This document shows positions 9,466-19,476 of a DNA stretch of 50,993 bases, piece after piece. The stretch is from Pseudomonadota bacterium (lineage in GTDB: Bacteria; Bdellovibrionota_B; Oligoflexia; Oligoflexales; CAIMVM01): the NCBI GenBank assembly GCA_037142195.1, contig JBAXBA010000017.1:1-50993 (forward strand). The letters run 5' to 3'. The notes beneath the pieces are model-generated. The model had not been told where the DNA came from and searched no databases. It worked only from the letters and a program-made list of their open reading frames with translations. Each line of letters starts with the position of its first letter. The stretch's first letter is position 1. The position numbers were made by a program, and so were the translations under genes.

Positions 9466-10764
9466 ATGTTAGTGAGAAAATTCGCCCTGAGAGACTCGAT
9501 TCTCTCGTATAGGGACATATTCAAACTACTTTGGTCAGACATGATCCGCCTGGACATCCTTAAGCAATCTTCAGCAATGGCTTATGTTACCTTAATTTCA
9601 ATCGTACCGTCACTAGCTGCTATTTTTACAATTATTTCTATTTTTAAGCCCCTCATGGCTGGGGGCTCTAAAGTTTCAGACTCCATCAAATCATTTATCA
9701 TTCAAAACCTTGCCGAAGGCACCGGCTCAACTGTTTCTGAAACGCTAGACAAACTTATTTCAAACCTCTCGCTCACCCAAATTGGTGTCACGAGTTTTGT
9801 CTCCATCCTTGTGTCCTTGATCTTGCTTTTAAGGCAGATCGAACAAGCCCTCAATAGAATTTGGATGGTTCGGCTGGAAAGAACCATGATTACCAGATTT
9901 GTGTATTTCTGGACGCTTCTAACTTTAGGCACTTTTCTTTGTTCGCTACTCTTCTTCTACCTCTCAACCTTTGGCATTACCAATTTTCTAGCGGGCTTTC
10001 ATGGTGAAAAAAGCAGCATCCTAGGAAGCATATTGAGTTTTGTAACAAGCACGATTAGCGGCTTTTCGATTTTCTTCTTTATTTATAAAGTCATCCCCAA
10101 CACTAATGTCAAAGTAAAATATGCTGCATATGGAGCTCTATTCTCAGCAGTGGCACTTGGAATTGCCGGAGATGTGTTTGGCTATTATGTAAAATATTTT
10201 TCTAAAAATTCGGTTCTATACGGTGCTATTGGCGCCCTCCCCTTGTTCTTGACCTGGCTTTATATATGCTGGGTCATCGTTATGGTTGGAGCCTTGTTAG
10301 CTTGGCGATTCGAACAAGGCTTCAAAGTGGAAAAGGAAGAGGAAGAACTCATAAAACCAACATCTCTGGAATCAGCATATGATCAAAAACAACTCGAAGG
10401 ATTTGTACCAAATCTTTGTCTCATTATCGTTTATGAAGCTTTTTGGAGCCATTTAAAAGGTGGCATCCACTTTGACCAAATCCACGAAAAAATTCGGGTC
10501 CCGTCGGCGTGGATAAGAGACAGCTTAGAGTTCCTTATCGAAAAAAAATATATTGCTATCATTCAAAGAGACTCTGAAGAACTTTACACAGCTTGCAAGC
10601 CGCCAGAAAAGATCATGTTAACTCAACTGAAAGACGATTTAATACCTGAAATTGATGAAAGAGTTAAAGGCTGGCAAAATCTGATTGATGGCGAAATATC
10701 AAAAAAAGTCATGGGAATTATATCAAACACTTCCAAAGATGCTACGTTTGCAAGCCTTCTTTAA
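9466..10764 (+). CDS. YihY/BrkB family inner-membrane protein with C-terminal wHTH-like extension
   Basis: AMAYVTLISIVP, IEQALNRIW, YKVIPN, LYGAIGALPLFLTWLYICW. Confidence 0.88.
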   Translation: MLVRKFALRDSILSYRDIFKLLWSDMIRLDILKQSSAMAYVTLISIVPSLAAIFTIISIFKPLMAGGSKVSDSIKSFIIQNLAEGTGSTVSETLDKLISNLSLTQIGVTSFVSILVSLILLLRQIEQALNRIWMVRLERTMITRFVYFWTLLTLGTFLCSLLFFYLSTFGITNFLAGFHGEKSSILGSILSFVTSTISGFSIFFFIYKVIPNTNVKVKYAAYGALFSAVALGIAGDVFGYYVKYFSKNSVLYGAIGALPLFLTWLYICWVIVMVGALLAWRFEQGFKVEKEEEELIKPTSLESAYDQKQLEGFVPNLCLIIVYEAFWSHLKGGIHFDQIHEKIRVPSAWIRDSLEFLIEKKYIAIIQRDSEELYTACKPPEKIMLTQLKDDLIPEIDERVKGWQNLIDGEISKKVMGIISNTSKDATFASLL

Positions 10765-12256
10765 GTTGCAAGACTTCCATATTTTCATTTTTCCTGTTAA
10801 GCCCATTGCTTTGAGGAATGGTAATTTTAAAATGGGATCCAATTCCAAGCTGTGACTCCACTTCTACCTTACCTTCATGCATTTTAATTAAGGCCATGGC
10901 CAGAGAAAGGCCTATGCCACTGCCGCCAACAGATCGATTCCGAGCAGAATCAACGCGATAAAAAGGATCGAAAATAAAGGGGATGTCTTGTTCCGGGATC
11001 CCGCCGCCCTTATCTGAAAGAGTAATTATAAAGTTTGTGCTATTTGTATTCTTAGAATAGGGTTTTTCGAACCGCATCACGACCTCGCCTCCAACAGGAG
11101 AATGCTTTACAGCATTAAAAAGAATATTTCTAACCGCAAGTAACAAGTATCCTTCTGCAGCTTCAAACTCTGAAGCACCAGGCTTTACATCGCTGACCAC
11201 ACTAACTTGTTTTTCCTGCGTAAGAGACTTTGCATCTTCTTGCAACTGGCGAATAAAGGCTGGAGTCGAAACCTGGCCCCAATTCATTTTAACTGCGAGT
11301 CCTTCAACACGCGCTAAAAGCAATAACTCCTCAATAATTTTAGCCATGCCGCCTGATTCTCTACGAATAATTTCAAGAGTCTTTTGATACTCTTCAGGCG
11401 TTCTAGGTTTTCTTAAAGCAAACTCTGCCTCGCCTTTGATGACTGCCAACGGCGTGCGCAGTTCATGACTTACATCGCCTGTAAATCTTCTCAACTTTAA
11501 AACAGAGTCTTGAATGCGGTCGATGAGATGATTAAAAGTTATGGCTAATTCACTCAGTTGATCTTTAGCTTTGGGAACCGGAATGCGCCCAGAAAGATTT
11601 TGCACCTCAAGCGACGATGCTGCTTTAGTCATGACGCTTACTGGTGTCAATGCTGACATCGCCATAAAATAAACAATCAGAGAAGCGACGAATGCACCTA
11701 TTGGCAGTACCGTCCAAAGAACTAACAAAACGCTTTCCAGAAGCCTTTCATTTTTCTCCATGGAAGCACCAACTTGTATTACCTGACCTGTAAACATGCC
11801 CCTCAGCATGACTGGGATTGTAATTTGTCTCAGTGAAGGCATACCCGAGACTTTAAATGTTTCTAGTGTTTCTAATCCTTTCTCTGCTCGAGACAAAGAC
11901 CGACCGGTAACGGGTATATGAATTTCAAAATTTTTGGATCGACTATGAACATCGCCTTTAATAGTGATGATTTGCGCATATCGGCCGTCAAGATTCACCC
12001 CTAGGAAATCATCAGAATCACCTCCAAGAATTCCCTTAAATTCCCTCGTAAATAGCTCTAAAGGAGACTCGTATTGGCCCAAATGATTTTCACGAATGGA
12101 GTGAGAAAGTGCAATTAAGGATTCATCGACGGTAGAATTTATAAAGAACTTAACCGCATAAAAAACACCAAATCCTACTCCTACAAATAACGTAGCGAGT
12201 AGGAAAAGGTGACTTATGCAAAGCCGATATTTAAACTGCAAACGTTCAAGGAACAT
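10742..12256 (-). CDS. sensor histidine kinase (CusS/CzcS-like)
   Basis: Two TM, HAMP, H-box SHELRTPL, N-box NILFNAVKH, DKGGGI, FDPFYR, GSGIGL; 3' end overlaps yihY by 23 bp. Confidence 0.92.
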   Translation of the reverse strand: MFLERLQFKYRLCISHLFLLATLFVGVGFGVFYAVKFFINSTVDESLIALSHSIRENHLGQYESPLELFTREFKGILGGDSDDFLGVNLDGRYAQIITIKGDVHSRSKNFEIHIPVTGRSLSRAEKGLETLETFKVSGMPSLRQITIPVMLRGMFTGQVIQVGASMEKNERLLESVLLVLWTVLPIGAFVASLIVYFMAMSALTPVSVMTKAASSLEVQNLSGRIPVPKAKDQLSELAITFNHLIDRIQDSVLKLRRFTGDVSHELRTPLAVIKGEAEFALRKPRTPEEYQKTLEIIRRESGGMAKIIEELLLLARVEGLAVKMNWGQVSTPAFIRQLQEDAKSLTQEKQVSVVSDVKPGASEFEAAEGYLLLAVRNILFNAVKHSPVGGEVVMRFEKPYSKNTNSTNFIITLSDKGGGIPEQDIPFIFDPFYRVDSARNRSVGGSGIGLSLAMALIKMHEGKVEVESQLGIGSHFKITIPQSNGLNRKNENMEVLQLKEGLQT

Positions 12257-12965
12257 TCATAGCTTCATTTTCCATCTCTCCAGACGGAAGTGAGTTGTTA
12301 ATATCAAGCATATAGCCGTGACCTCTCACCGTTTTAATGAGTTTATGGCCTATGGCTAATTGAATTTTGGAACGTAAGTAACCCACGTAGACATCCACCA
12401 CATTGCTGGTTGGCTCAAAATTCATATCCCACACATGTTCAGAAAGTTGCGTGCGTCCCAGTACCGTCCCCGCATTACGAACAAAATACTCTAAAAGGGC
12501 ATATTCTTTGACGGTGAGGTCGACCACTTTGCCCTCAATGAGAACTTCGCGGCGAGCGGGATTAATAACAATCGGTCCCGCCTCAAGAGAGGCACTGGTA
12601 ATCTTATCTTTTCTTCGAATCAGCGCCCGAGCCCGGGCAAGAAGTTCTTCGATAGCCACAGGCTTGGTAGCATAGTCATCAGCTCCAAGATCTAGCCCAC
12701 GCACGATGTCGTCTGTGCCATCACGAGCCGTCAAAAGCATTACGGGAGTCACAATGCCACCTTGTCGAATGGCTTTCAAAACACTAAGTCCATCTTTTCT
12801 GGGAATCATAATATCTAAAATAATTAAATCGTAAGGGTTCTCAAATGCGAGCCATTCAGCCTCTTGTCCATCTGCCGCGTGATCTACTGCATAGGACTCA
12901 TCCCTTAGGACTCGAATCAAAAGATCTGACATCGCTTGATCATCTTCTACCAACAGTACTCTCAT
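12246..12965 (-). CDS. OmpR-family response regulator (CusR/CzcR-like)
   Basis: LLVEDD, LDIMIP, LTA, GADDYATKP; wHTH LTVKEY, SNVVDVYVGYLR, TVRGHGY. Confidence 0.95.
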   Translation of the reverse strand: MRVLLVEDDQAMSDLLIRVLRDESYAVDHAADGQEAEWLAFENPYDLIILDIMIPRKDGLSVLKAIRQGGIVTPVMLLTARDGTDDIVRGLDLGADDYATKPVAIEELLARARALIRRKDKITSASLEAGPIVINPARREVLIEGKVVDLTVKEYALLEYFVRNAGTVLGRTQLSEHVWDMNFEPTSNVVDVYVGYLRSKIQLAIGHKLIKTVRGHGYMLDINNSLPSGEMENEAMNVP

Positions 12966-13024
12966 TTTCTTCCCCTCTGTAAAATGGGCCTAGGACACTC
13001 ATACTAAAAGTTAGGCTTTTCCAC

Positions 13025-13048
13025 ATTAGAATTTGATGAGGATTCTAA
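13025..13048 (-). promoter_or_regulatory. candidate autoregulatory box for the OmpR-family regulator
   Basis: Minus strand CTCAT-caaatt-CTAAT (11-bp period), embedded in inverted repeat TTAGAAT-N9-ATTCTAA, about 60 nt upstream of the start codon. Confidence 0.45.
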
Positions 13049-13452
13049 AACAGAAGACATCTTTTTATAAAAAACAATACTTTCGGCTATTTACAATTGA
13101 CAACGATCCATCCCAAGGGCTTCACTCAGCCCCCCGCAGCCACGTAACCTGCCCAAAAAAAAGATCTGAAACAGAGTTTCTAGCTGATTGAGCTAAGCCA
13201 CATAGCCCATGCTTGCTCCGGCTATTGCCGGCTACGTTAAGGTGAGTTCTCAAATAAAACACAAAAAATGAGGCCAAGAAAAAACAGACCCCCTACTGGC
13301 AAAAAGAAGTCTTAACCGAATGAAAAACAACGGGACTGTCAGGCGGCAAGAACATTTCGCTATACTTCAGAAAAAGTCATTCTCTAGACATCCACATCTA
13401 AGCCTCCACGCCAAGCACGAATGGTCTTTCTAGTAAAAAATGATATAGGTCG

Positions 13453-13479
13453 GAAAGAGAGATTACTCGCGGCCGATAA
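13453..13479 (+). promoter_or_regulatory. candidate sigma28 (FliA) promoter
   Basis: GAAA-N15-GCCGATAA (consensus TAAA-N15-GCCGATAA), about 125 nt upstream of the GST gene. Confidence 0.35.
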
Positions 13480-13602
13480 CGCAAGGTCCTTAGCTAAGCA
13501 ATCTAAACGAAGCGCTATTTATATTTGATTTCTTTAAGAATACCAGGAATACTTCAAAATAAACGCAACCAAAAATCTGAGAATAAAGGCTATGGATATT
13601 TT

Positions 13603-14325
13603 ATGAAATCCAATCAAACCATTTCCCTATATCAAGGACCAGCTGCATGGGGCTCGCCTAATGCAAGTCCTTTTTGTACGAAGCTTTTATGCTTTCTTAA
13701 TGCCGCAAAAATTCCATATGAAATCTGTAATTTCGATCCTATCAAAGCACCAAAAGGGAAAATGCCCTATATTCGATACCAAGGCAAGTATCTTGGCGAT
13801 TCGCAATTCATTATTAAATTTCTTTCCCAAGAATTTCATATCCAGTTGGATTCTCATCTCACAGAACACCAAAAAGCCATCGGACACGCCTGTCGCCGAA
13901 TGTTAGAGGACGGTACCTATTTTCAAATCCTTTGGAGTCGATGGGGTATTGATGCCAATTGGGCCGTAGTAAAGAAAGCATATTTCGGCAGCATGCCGCC
14001 TATTGTAAGAACCATTCTACCAGAAATTTTAAGAAGGTCCGTTAAGCGATCTGCATTCGGGCAAGGGGTCGCGCGACATAGCTTCGAAGAGCTGGAAACA
14101 ATGCTTGATGAAGACATGAGCTCACTTTCCAAGTTGATGTCTGTGTCAGGGCCCTATTTCCATGGAAGCCAAATTTCCGAAGTGGACTGCACGATCTATG
14201 CCTTTCTTTCAAGCCTTTTGTGCGCACCGCTACCAGTGCCATTTGGTGAAAAGTGGAAATCACACATCCCATTCAAAAACTATATTCAGCACATGGAATC
14301 TACGCATTTCTCGCAGTTGACTTAA
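13603..14325 (+). CDS. glutathione S-transferase family protein (metaxin/FAX-like)
   Basis: NASPFCTKL, APKGKMPYI, DSQFI, EVDCTIYAFL; start moved to ATG 13603. Confidence 0.88.
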   Translation: MKSNQTISLYQGPAAWGSPNASPFCTKLLCFLNAAKIPYEICNFDPIKAPKGKMPYIRYQGKYLGDSQFIIKFLSQEFHIQLDSHLTEHQKAIGHACRRMLEDGTYFQILWSRWGIDANWAVVKKAYFGSMPPIVRTILPEILRRSVKRSAFGQGVARHSFEELETMLDEDMSSLSKLMSVSGPYFHGSQISEVDCTIYAFLSSLLCAPLPVPFGEKWKSHIPFKNYIQHMESTHFSQLT

Positions 14326-14592
14326 ACCGAATAAAATAGAATTAATCATTCAAATGAATGAACTTATAATTGAGTTCACTTTCGACGAAGAAACTTTAAA
14401 ATGGATTTTTTATACTGCCTGAAGAATCTTAATTTGAAGCCATATGTACCGAAGTTCGCTTAATTCATAATATAATTGTAACCTGTGAAAGCATCTAAAT
14501 TCAAGATCCAAGAAGACAATTCGCTTTTTTGATCACAAGTTCTCAATTACAATTAAAACATTGGTTACAAACATTTTGAAAATGAGAAAGCC

Positions 14593-15228
14593 ATGCCAAT
14601 TACGAATCCAATTATTTTTGACCTTCCAGTTCCTATAACTACCAATCGGCTTCTCATTCGCCCCCCAGTGCCAGGAGACGGTCCTGAATTTTTCAGAGCC
14701 GTAATGGAATCTCAATCAGAACTAAAAAAATGGCTTTCCTGGGCCTCTCAACCAATGACCGAAGAAGACGCAGAAATAAATCTCAGAAAAGCATACGCAA
14801 GTTGGATTCTGCGGGAATCGTTGAGACTCTCGATTTTTGATAAGAATTCTATGCGTCTTCTAGGAAGCACAGGATTCCATGGAATCGACTGGAATGTGAG
14901 AAAGTTTGAAATAGGATATTGGTGCCGGACTCCCGATCTAGGAAAAGGCTATATAGGAGAGGCCGTGACCGCAATTACCCAATTTGCTTTTTCCGAGCTT
15001 AAAGCAAGACGAATCGAAATACGTACTGATGCAGAAAACTTTGCAAGCATCAAGATTCCTTTGAGACTCGGATTTCATAAAGAAGCAAAAATTCAAAGCG
15101 ACCGTATACAAATTCACACTGGCAATCTAGGTGACACCCTAATCTTTACAAGATTTCAATCACAAGGCTTACCCAATGTCGATGCAAGTTGGCATGGACC
15201 AAAAGGATCTTCAAATACACCACATTAA
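14593..15228 (+). CDS. GNAT acetyltransferase, RimJ/RimL family
   Basis: TNRLLIR, FEIGYW, GKGYIGEA, ENFASIKIPLRLGF. Confidence 0.9.
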   Translation: MPITNPIIFDLPVPITTNRLLIRPPVPGDGPEFFRAVMESQSELKKWLSWASQPMTEEDAEINLRKAYASWILRESLRLSIFDKNSMRLLGSTGFHGIDWNVRKFEIGYWCRTPDLGKGYIGEAVTAITQFAFSELKARRIEIRTDAENFASIKIPLRLGFHKEAKIQSDRIQIHTGNLGDTLIFTRFQSQGLPNVDASWHGPKGSSNTPH

Positions 15229-15608
15229 ATCCGCTGGAGAAATTTAAATATCCTAAGGTCGTGACCAATGAGGCAGAAATGCCTATTACGATTTCCTAGG
15301 TAATTGAAAAAATGAAAAAAGCCCCCCGTTGAAATCACTAGGTGATTGCACAACCCCATTAGCGCCAAGGACCGAAAAGCCTTGCATGCCAAAGAAACTA
15401 ATTCCAATAGGTATGCCGCCAGTTTGAAGCTTTGGAATTGAAAACGTGAGGATAAAGAAATATAAGTAGATGAAGAATTCTACACGAAAAAAACAAGAAA
15501 TATTGCATTTTCACGAACCACTTGTAAATTAAGTAAAATTACTTCTGGATGAACTTCAAACTCCATTCCTTGATGCATTGTCTAAAATCCAAAACTAGAA
15601 AGGCTGCC

Positions 15609-16094
15609 ATGAACCAGGATTATCCCGACAGGATCTTTGACGTTCTCATTCGACGTGCCAGTTCAAATGACATCCAAATTATAGTGTCTTTAATGAGTCA
15701 GGGAGCTCTCGAAGGAGCTAAGAATAAACCTATTCCCGAACCACTTCCAGAAGGATACTCCCAAGCATTTCAGAAAATTGAGAAGGACCCTAATCAATCC
15801 CTAATGGTTGCCGAAACTAATGGTGAAGTTATAGGAACGTTTCAGCTCAGCTTTTTAACGTACCTACAAGGAGGTGGTCAGGAAGACTGTCAAATTGAAA
15901 GCGTCTTTATTGCCGTAAAATGGCGCGGCAAGGGAATCGGCTCCCATATGATGAAATGGGCTATAGAAGCTGCCAAGAATCGGAATTGCCGAAGGCTTCA
16001 GCTTACCACCCACAAGAAGAGAAAAAATGCCCATCGATTCTACGAGCGCTTGGGTTTCGAATTGTCTCATGAGGGCGCTAAGATGCAGCTTTAG
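15609..16094 (+). CDS. GNAT N-acetyltransferase
   Basis: WRGKGIG acetyl-CoA motif, LQLTTHKKRKNAHRFYERLGF; likely start ATG 15609. Confidence 0.9.
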   Translation: MNQDYPDRIFDVLIRRASSNDIQIIVSLMSQGALEGAKNKPIPEPLPEGYSQAFQKIEKDPNQSLMVAETNGEVIGTFQLSFLTYLQGGGQEDCQIESVFIAVKWRGKGIGSHMMKWAIEAAKNRNCRRLQLTTHKKRKNAHRFYERLGFELSHEGAKMQL

Positions 16095-16342
16095 ATTCGC
16101 AAGCATCGACCAGCTTCCTATGTTAAACCCCAAAATATGTTAAGCTCTTCTACTCAGAACTCTGCCAGCTAAGATCATGTTGTCCCGCAAAAATTAGTTT
16201 GATTGTCGCAACACGACGGCAAGAGTCTGCATCTTGCTTTCGACGAGGGGCAGGTCAACCAATACAAAGCAATTAGTTTTCTATTCAATAAAATCTAAAC
16301 TTAGACTAATTTGAAATCTTTAACTCTGATAGGGAGGCGCTT

Positions 16343-16975
16343 ATGTATTTGCCAAGCAAATTTCAATGTCAAGATAAAAGAGAAATTCGATCTCTAATGG
16401 AAAGTTATCCTTTAGCTACAGTTATTACAATTGTAGATAACAATCCCCTTATAAGCCACCTACCTATGGTAGTAGAAACTGGTCCCAATGGGGATCTAGT
16501 CTTGATTGGCCACATGTCAAAGGCCAATCCGCACTCTCGACATATTAAAAAATCTGAGACAACCCTGATTTTTCATGGACCAAACGCCTATATTACCCCA
16601 AAATGGTATGAGCAAAATGACGTTCCTACTTGGAATTATGCCGTCGTTCACTGCAAAGGTTTGACAAAATTAATCTTGGATGCCAATGGCATCCAAAACT
16701 GCCTTAAAAAACTAACTCACGCTGCGGAAAAAAATTCACTCGACCCATGGGATTTTTGGCTGCCTGACGATCTAAGCGATCCGACGGACCTCACGACCGC
16801 GATCGTAGGATTTGAAGTGACCATTTCCGAGATCAACGCCAAATTTAAGTTGAGTCAAAACAGGTCTTCGGTTGATAGAAAAGGGGTTATCGGGGGATTA
16901 GGGTCTCGGACAGATGATAATAGTAAGGCGATTCAGAACCTTATTATAGCCAATGAAGCCAAGAAAAATGGCTAG
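16343..16975 (+). CDS. FMN-binding negative transcriptional regulator (PaiB family)
   Basis: MYLPSKF, SHLP, GHMSKANPH, GPNAYITPKWY, VPTWNY, KFKLSQNR; GGAGG RBS. Confidence 0.92.
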   Translation: MYLPSKFQCQDKREIRSLMESYPLATVITIVDNNPLISHLPMVVETGPNGDLVLIGHMSKANPHSRHIKKSETTLIFHGPNAYITPKWYEQNDVPTWNYAVVHCKGLTKLILDANGIQNCLKKLTHAAEKNSLDPWDFWLPDDLSDPTDLTTAIVGFEVTISEINAKFKLSQNRSSVDRKGVIGGLGSRTDDNSKAIQNLIIANEAKKNG

Positions 16976-17143
16976 GCAAAAACCGAAAAAAGTTCGTCGT
17001 GTCGTATCTCGTTTAAATGCGGTTCTGTGACAATGACACCAAGATAACTAAAATTAGATATGGGGGCTATAGCTTTCCATCTCACATATTTAATACGCCT
17101 ATATCGGCGTACGAACTCAAAACCTTCGATGTGTAGTTTTTTT

Positions 17144-17689
17144 CTACTTAAGATTCTTTTCGATTACATCTGTAATTTCTTTCGACATGGGGGCCGGCTC
17201 CGACGGAAAGCGCGCTAACACTTCCCCTTTTTTGCTGACCAAAAACTTATGGAAATTCCAAGACACATCTTTATCTTTGTCCGAAGGTGCATGGGCCACA
17301 AGAAATTTATAGAGCTCTACTTTATTATCACCGATGACATCTGATTTTTCAGTTACAAGATACTTTGATTTATATTTTAACTCGCAAAACTCGCCAACTT
17401 TAAGGGACTCCAATTTCTCCTGATGGAAGGAGTTACTAGGAACCGCAACAATCACTAGTCCTTTAGCTCTATATTTTTCGTGCAATGCCACCAAATCTCC
17501 CAACTGAGGCGTATACCCACATCCAGAGGCTATATTAACGACTAAAACCAGCTTATCCCTAAATGCAGAAAAATCGAGTTCTTTGCCACGGAAGTCTTTC
17601 ATTCTGATATCATAAAAGCCCCTAGCAAAGGAAGTACTCGCAACAGAGAATAGCACAACCAAGCATAGCTTAAAAACTGACTTAAACAT
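17144..17689 (-). CDS. Cys-type glutathione peroxidase with signal peptide
   Basis: VNIASGCGYTPQ, PSNSFHQE, WNFHKFLV; likely start ATG 17689 after AAGGGG, giving the signal peptide ...ASTSFA. Confidence 0.9.
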   Translation of the reverse strand: MFKSVFKLCLVVLFSVASTSFARGFYDIRMKDFRGKELDFSAFRDKLVLVVNIASGCGYTPQLGDLVALHEKYRAKGLVIVAVPSNSFHQEKLESLKVGEFCELKYKSKYLVTEKSDVIGDNKVELYKFLVAHAPSDKDKDVSWNFHKFLVSKKGEVLARFPSEPAPMSKEITDVIEKNLK

Positions 17690-17729
17690 TTTGCACCCCT
17701 TAATTCTTAGACAAAAACTATCTAAATAT

Positions 17730-18186
17730 CCACAATTTGAGACTTTCTGTCCACAAAAAATTATCTCTATAACTCTCTGCAAAACCCCGCTCAACCACAT
17801 GATCCAGAAAACCCATCGGAACTTTGTAGCGAACAATAGTCGTCATTAAAGTTCCACCTTTTCCCCCCTCGAAAAGATGCTAATGGTGCCACAATGGGTA
17901 TGGGCTCCTCCGTTATAAATGCACAAATTGAGGCTGTGGCTGCCAATTTGCAATGAGTGAGTTCCAGCCCATTGAAAATGCCATGCACCGAAATCCTATA
18001 ATCAATTTCAGCCCATCGTTCGATCTGAGAAGTTTTCTTCTTCGATGCCCGAAAAGTAAGCCCAGGCGGGGTGACAATTTCGAGGTTATTCTCATCGGAA
18101 AAGAAATTAAAAACTTCTTTTAACGTATACTTCACCCAGGGCCCGGCTCTAAATTCAGACTCACACCTAAAAAATTTTCGAATCAA
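17730..18186 (-). pseudogene. frameshifted SRPBCC-family gene remnant
   Basis: FFSDENNLEIVTPP...IDYRISVHGI, then after a frameshift WNSLIANWQPQPQFVHL*RRSPYPLWHH*HLFEGGKGGTLMTTIVRYKVPMG; two stops and at least one frameshift. Confidence 0.8.
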
Positions 18187-18636
18187 GTGGCAGCAATCCC
18201 CCTACTCGTGAGATTTGAAACGCACCCTAAAAGCTCCCCCCCAGAAGCTGCTAATTCTAGATTTAGCACCCATCTCTTATCCGATTTAACAAATTGACCA
18301 GCTCGAACACCAGCTCCCACAACAATTGGGAACATAAATTCTACTGAAAAGGTAGAATCATCCGGGTTATGTTGCCGACTTTTTGAACTGTTCTGTTCCT
18401 TTAGACCTAGGGTTTTAGGTTTAAATAATTTCTTTTCCACGCGAGGCAGAAACAACCTCATGATTAAAACATCTCGCCTGAACTTTAACCTTAGTCGCTT
18501 CAGGCCACCAAAATGTGTATAGATATCCGCCTAGCCAGCCATATTCAGTCCGACATGTAGGTTCCTTGCTCCAATTCAAGTTACTTTATCAAGTCGCCAG
18601 TGTCCGTTTTTCATTGTCGCTCAACAGGCCTCAAAT

Positions 18637-19080
18637 CTACGCCACGTTTTGCATATTCAATTCGATAATTTTGCTATCTTTTGCCAGCCCCGACTTTACA
18701 ATGGTGGCGTAAAAATCGTCGATCTTAATTGCCCCTTCTGAAAACTCCACGGCAAGCTTGAGCCTAGCAATCATTTCAGCTTGTTCCACCATGCCCGTGG
18801 ACCTTTGTCCTTTGTTTTCCCATCCCGCGATATTGGAATGTCCCTTTGCGCCAATGACTTTTGCAAACTCTTCCTGGGTCAAATCAAGATACTTACGTAT
18901 AAATTTGAGCTCAGCTCCCGTAAGGAATGTTGGCTTCAACAAAACGGCTAAGAAGAGACTCTTTGCCAATTTATGATGGGGAATATCGAGATAGGAGCGA
19001 CCTCCATCAGTTTGAACCGTGTCAACGCCGAGAAGAAATACCGGAAATCCGAATCCCATGTAGCGTACATTTGTTTTCAT
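18637..19080 (-). CDS. Xre-HTH antitoxin (MqsA/YgiT-like)
   Basis: LTGAELKFIRKYLDLTQEEFAKVIG...IAGWEN HTH; 4 nt downstream of the DUF4258 gene. Confidence 0.78.
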   Translation of the reverse strand: MKTNVRYMGFGFPVFLLGVDTVQTDGGRSYLDIPHHKLAKSLFLAVLLKPTFLTGAELKFIRKYLDLTQEEFAKVIGAKGHSNIAGWENKGQRSTGMVEQAEMIARLKLAVEFSEGAIKIDDFYATIVKSGLAKDSKIIELNMQNVA

Positions 19081-19084
19081 ACCA

Positions 19085-19405
19085 TCACCTCAATTCAAGA
19101 TTAATCACAGTGATCACTAAAACACCAGCTGCTTTTAGTGCAACGGACACGCGCAACTCCACAGCATCAACAGTCTTGCCTCGGAATGCATAATTCCATT
19201 CCTGATAAAGGTCATTCCACTCGTCTTTTTCCTCTTCGCGTCGGCCCCTCCCAAGCACACGGAAAACGTCAATTTCATCGAGCCCGAACTCATGGAGTCT
19301 CTCATCCATTCGCTGCATGGCATGATCAGAAAACCGAACGATGTCATTTTTTAAGGCATGAGCCACGTAGGAACTAACATCAGGACGTTTTGCTGCGATC
19401 GGCAT
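19085..19405 (-). CDS. DUF4258-family putative RNase toxin
   Basis: FSDHAMQRMDER, WNYAFRGKT, LRVSV, LVITVI; GGGAGG RBS; toxin-first order. Confidence 0.8.
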   Translation of the reverse strand: MPIAAKRPDVSSYVAHALKNDIVRFSDHAMQRMDERLHEFGLDEIDVFRVLGRGRREEEKDEWNDLYQEWNYAFRGKTVDAVELRVSVALKAAGVLVITVINLELR

Positions 19406-19415
19406 CTCGGCCTCC

Positions 19416-19476
19416 CTGATATCAGTATGGCTATGGATTTATAGAATGTCAACCACCAACATATATAATGATGTTG
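19416..19476 (-). promoter_or_regulatory. sigma70 promoter and palindromic operators of the TA operon
   Basis: TTGACA(19452-19447)-17-CATACT(19429-19424); palindromes CTGATATCAG (19416-19425) and CAACAT-N8-ATGTTG (19457-19476). Confidence 0.7.

Noticed and set aside
13447..13472. AGGTCGGAAAGAGAGATTACTCG resembles the reverse complement of a tRNA-Pro 3' end (possible att scar)
   Set aside because: No T-loop match or rest of a tRNA, it does not match either tRNA in the window, and it overlaps a sigma28-like promoter that explains it equally well
14354..14422. Short ORF MNELIIEFTFDEETLKWIFYTA after the GST gene
   Set aside because: 22 codons, no RBS and no recognisable motif
15228..15548. Possible decayed gene between the two GNAT genes
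   Set aside because: Protein-like fragments in shifting frames but no family motif
17500..17530. Selenocysteine GPx possibility
   Set aside because: The catalytic codon is TGT (Cys) and there is no in-frame TGA
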